A DNA stretch of 62,945 bases, counting the filler, from Octopus bimaculoides (lineage: Eukaryota), in assembly GCF_001194135.2 (NCBI RefSeq). It is 7 parts of 6 records of this genome, joined end to end, with 100 filler letters (N's around TTAATTAATTAA, not from the genome) between each part and the next. Parts side by side here need not be neighbours in the genome. Positions count along the whole stretch, not along the records: positions 60,344 to 62,945 come from NC_068981.1; 6 more parts are not named here. One strand, written 5' to 3'. This document shows positions 62,641 through 62,945 of the stretch, piece after piece. A program made the translations under genes and the position numbers. Below the pieces are notes generated by a model. It was not told where the DNA came from, did no database searches, and saw only the letters and a list, made by a program, of their open reading frames with translations. Position 1 is the stretch's first letter. Each line of letters opens with the position of its first letter.

Positions 62641-62945
62641 TGGGTGTGTGGTAAGTAGCTTGCTTACCAACCACATGGTTCCGGGTTCATTCGCACTGCG
62701 TGGCACCTTGGGCAAGTGTCTTCTACTATAGCTTCGGGGCGACCAAAGCCTTGTGAGTGGATTTGGTAGATGGAAACTGAAAGAAGCCCGTCGTATATAT
62801 GTGTCTGTGTTTGTCCCCCCATCAACGCTTGACAACCGACAGTGGTGTGTTTTCCTGAACATAACTGAGCAGTTCAGCAAAAGAGACCGATACAATAAGT
62901 ACTAGGCTCCCAAAGAATAAGTTCTGGGGTCAATTTGTTGACTAA
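62636..62945 (+). mobile_element. CORE-type tRNA SINE (octopus OR-like), running past the window end
   Basis: A-box-like GTGTGGTAAG, B-box-like GGGTTCATT, CORE-like GGCACCTTGGGCAAGTGTC. Confidence 0.8.

Noticed and set aside
9748-62900. Many ORFs rich in YIHT/MYVC/poly-I/poly-S/poly-R or X
   Set aside because: They are translations of (CATA)n, (CA)n, (TA)n, (TAA)n and (TTC)n microsatellites or of N gaps, not genes

Overview
AT-rich, microsatellite- and transposon-dense eukaryotic DNA. The SINE/LINE repertoire looks cephalopod, probably Octopus (inference, not verified). The window is seven assembly blocks joined by 100-bp spacers (44 N + TTAATTAATTAA + 44 N), so gene order across spacers cannot be trusted. 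Two host genes are supported, both on +. (1) Seven coding exons (23064-43368) of an FBXW10/CDRT1-like WD40 protein; they splice in frame to 844 aa plus stop, and the N-terminal/F-box exons are not visible. (2) Four internal exons (45332-48800) of mask/ANKHD1-ANKRD17 on a 5.2-kb block whose edges are Helitron termini. The rest is mostly TE debris: Tx1-like, RTE and R4/Dong-like (RLE) LINEs, two tRNA-derived SINE families, mariner and DD37D-like transposons, hAT MITEs, Helitron ends and LTR fragments. The most interesting structure is a Penelope-like element at 60384-62174: a GIY-YIG C-terminal remnant between long inverted pseudo-LTR arms, each ending in a hammerhead-ribozyme-like fold. Also notable are an RLE LINE family embedded in (CATA)n, a ~460-bp genomic palindrome, and a ~98.5% identical inverted repeat pair inside an FBXW10 intron. 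No CRISPR array, rRNA or true tRNA gene was seen. Repeat boundaries are approximate unless termini or TSDs are given. All family assignments come from remembered motifs, not database searches.
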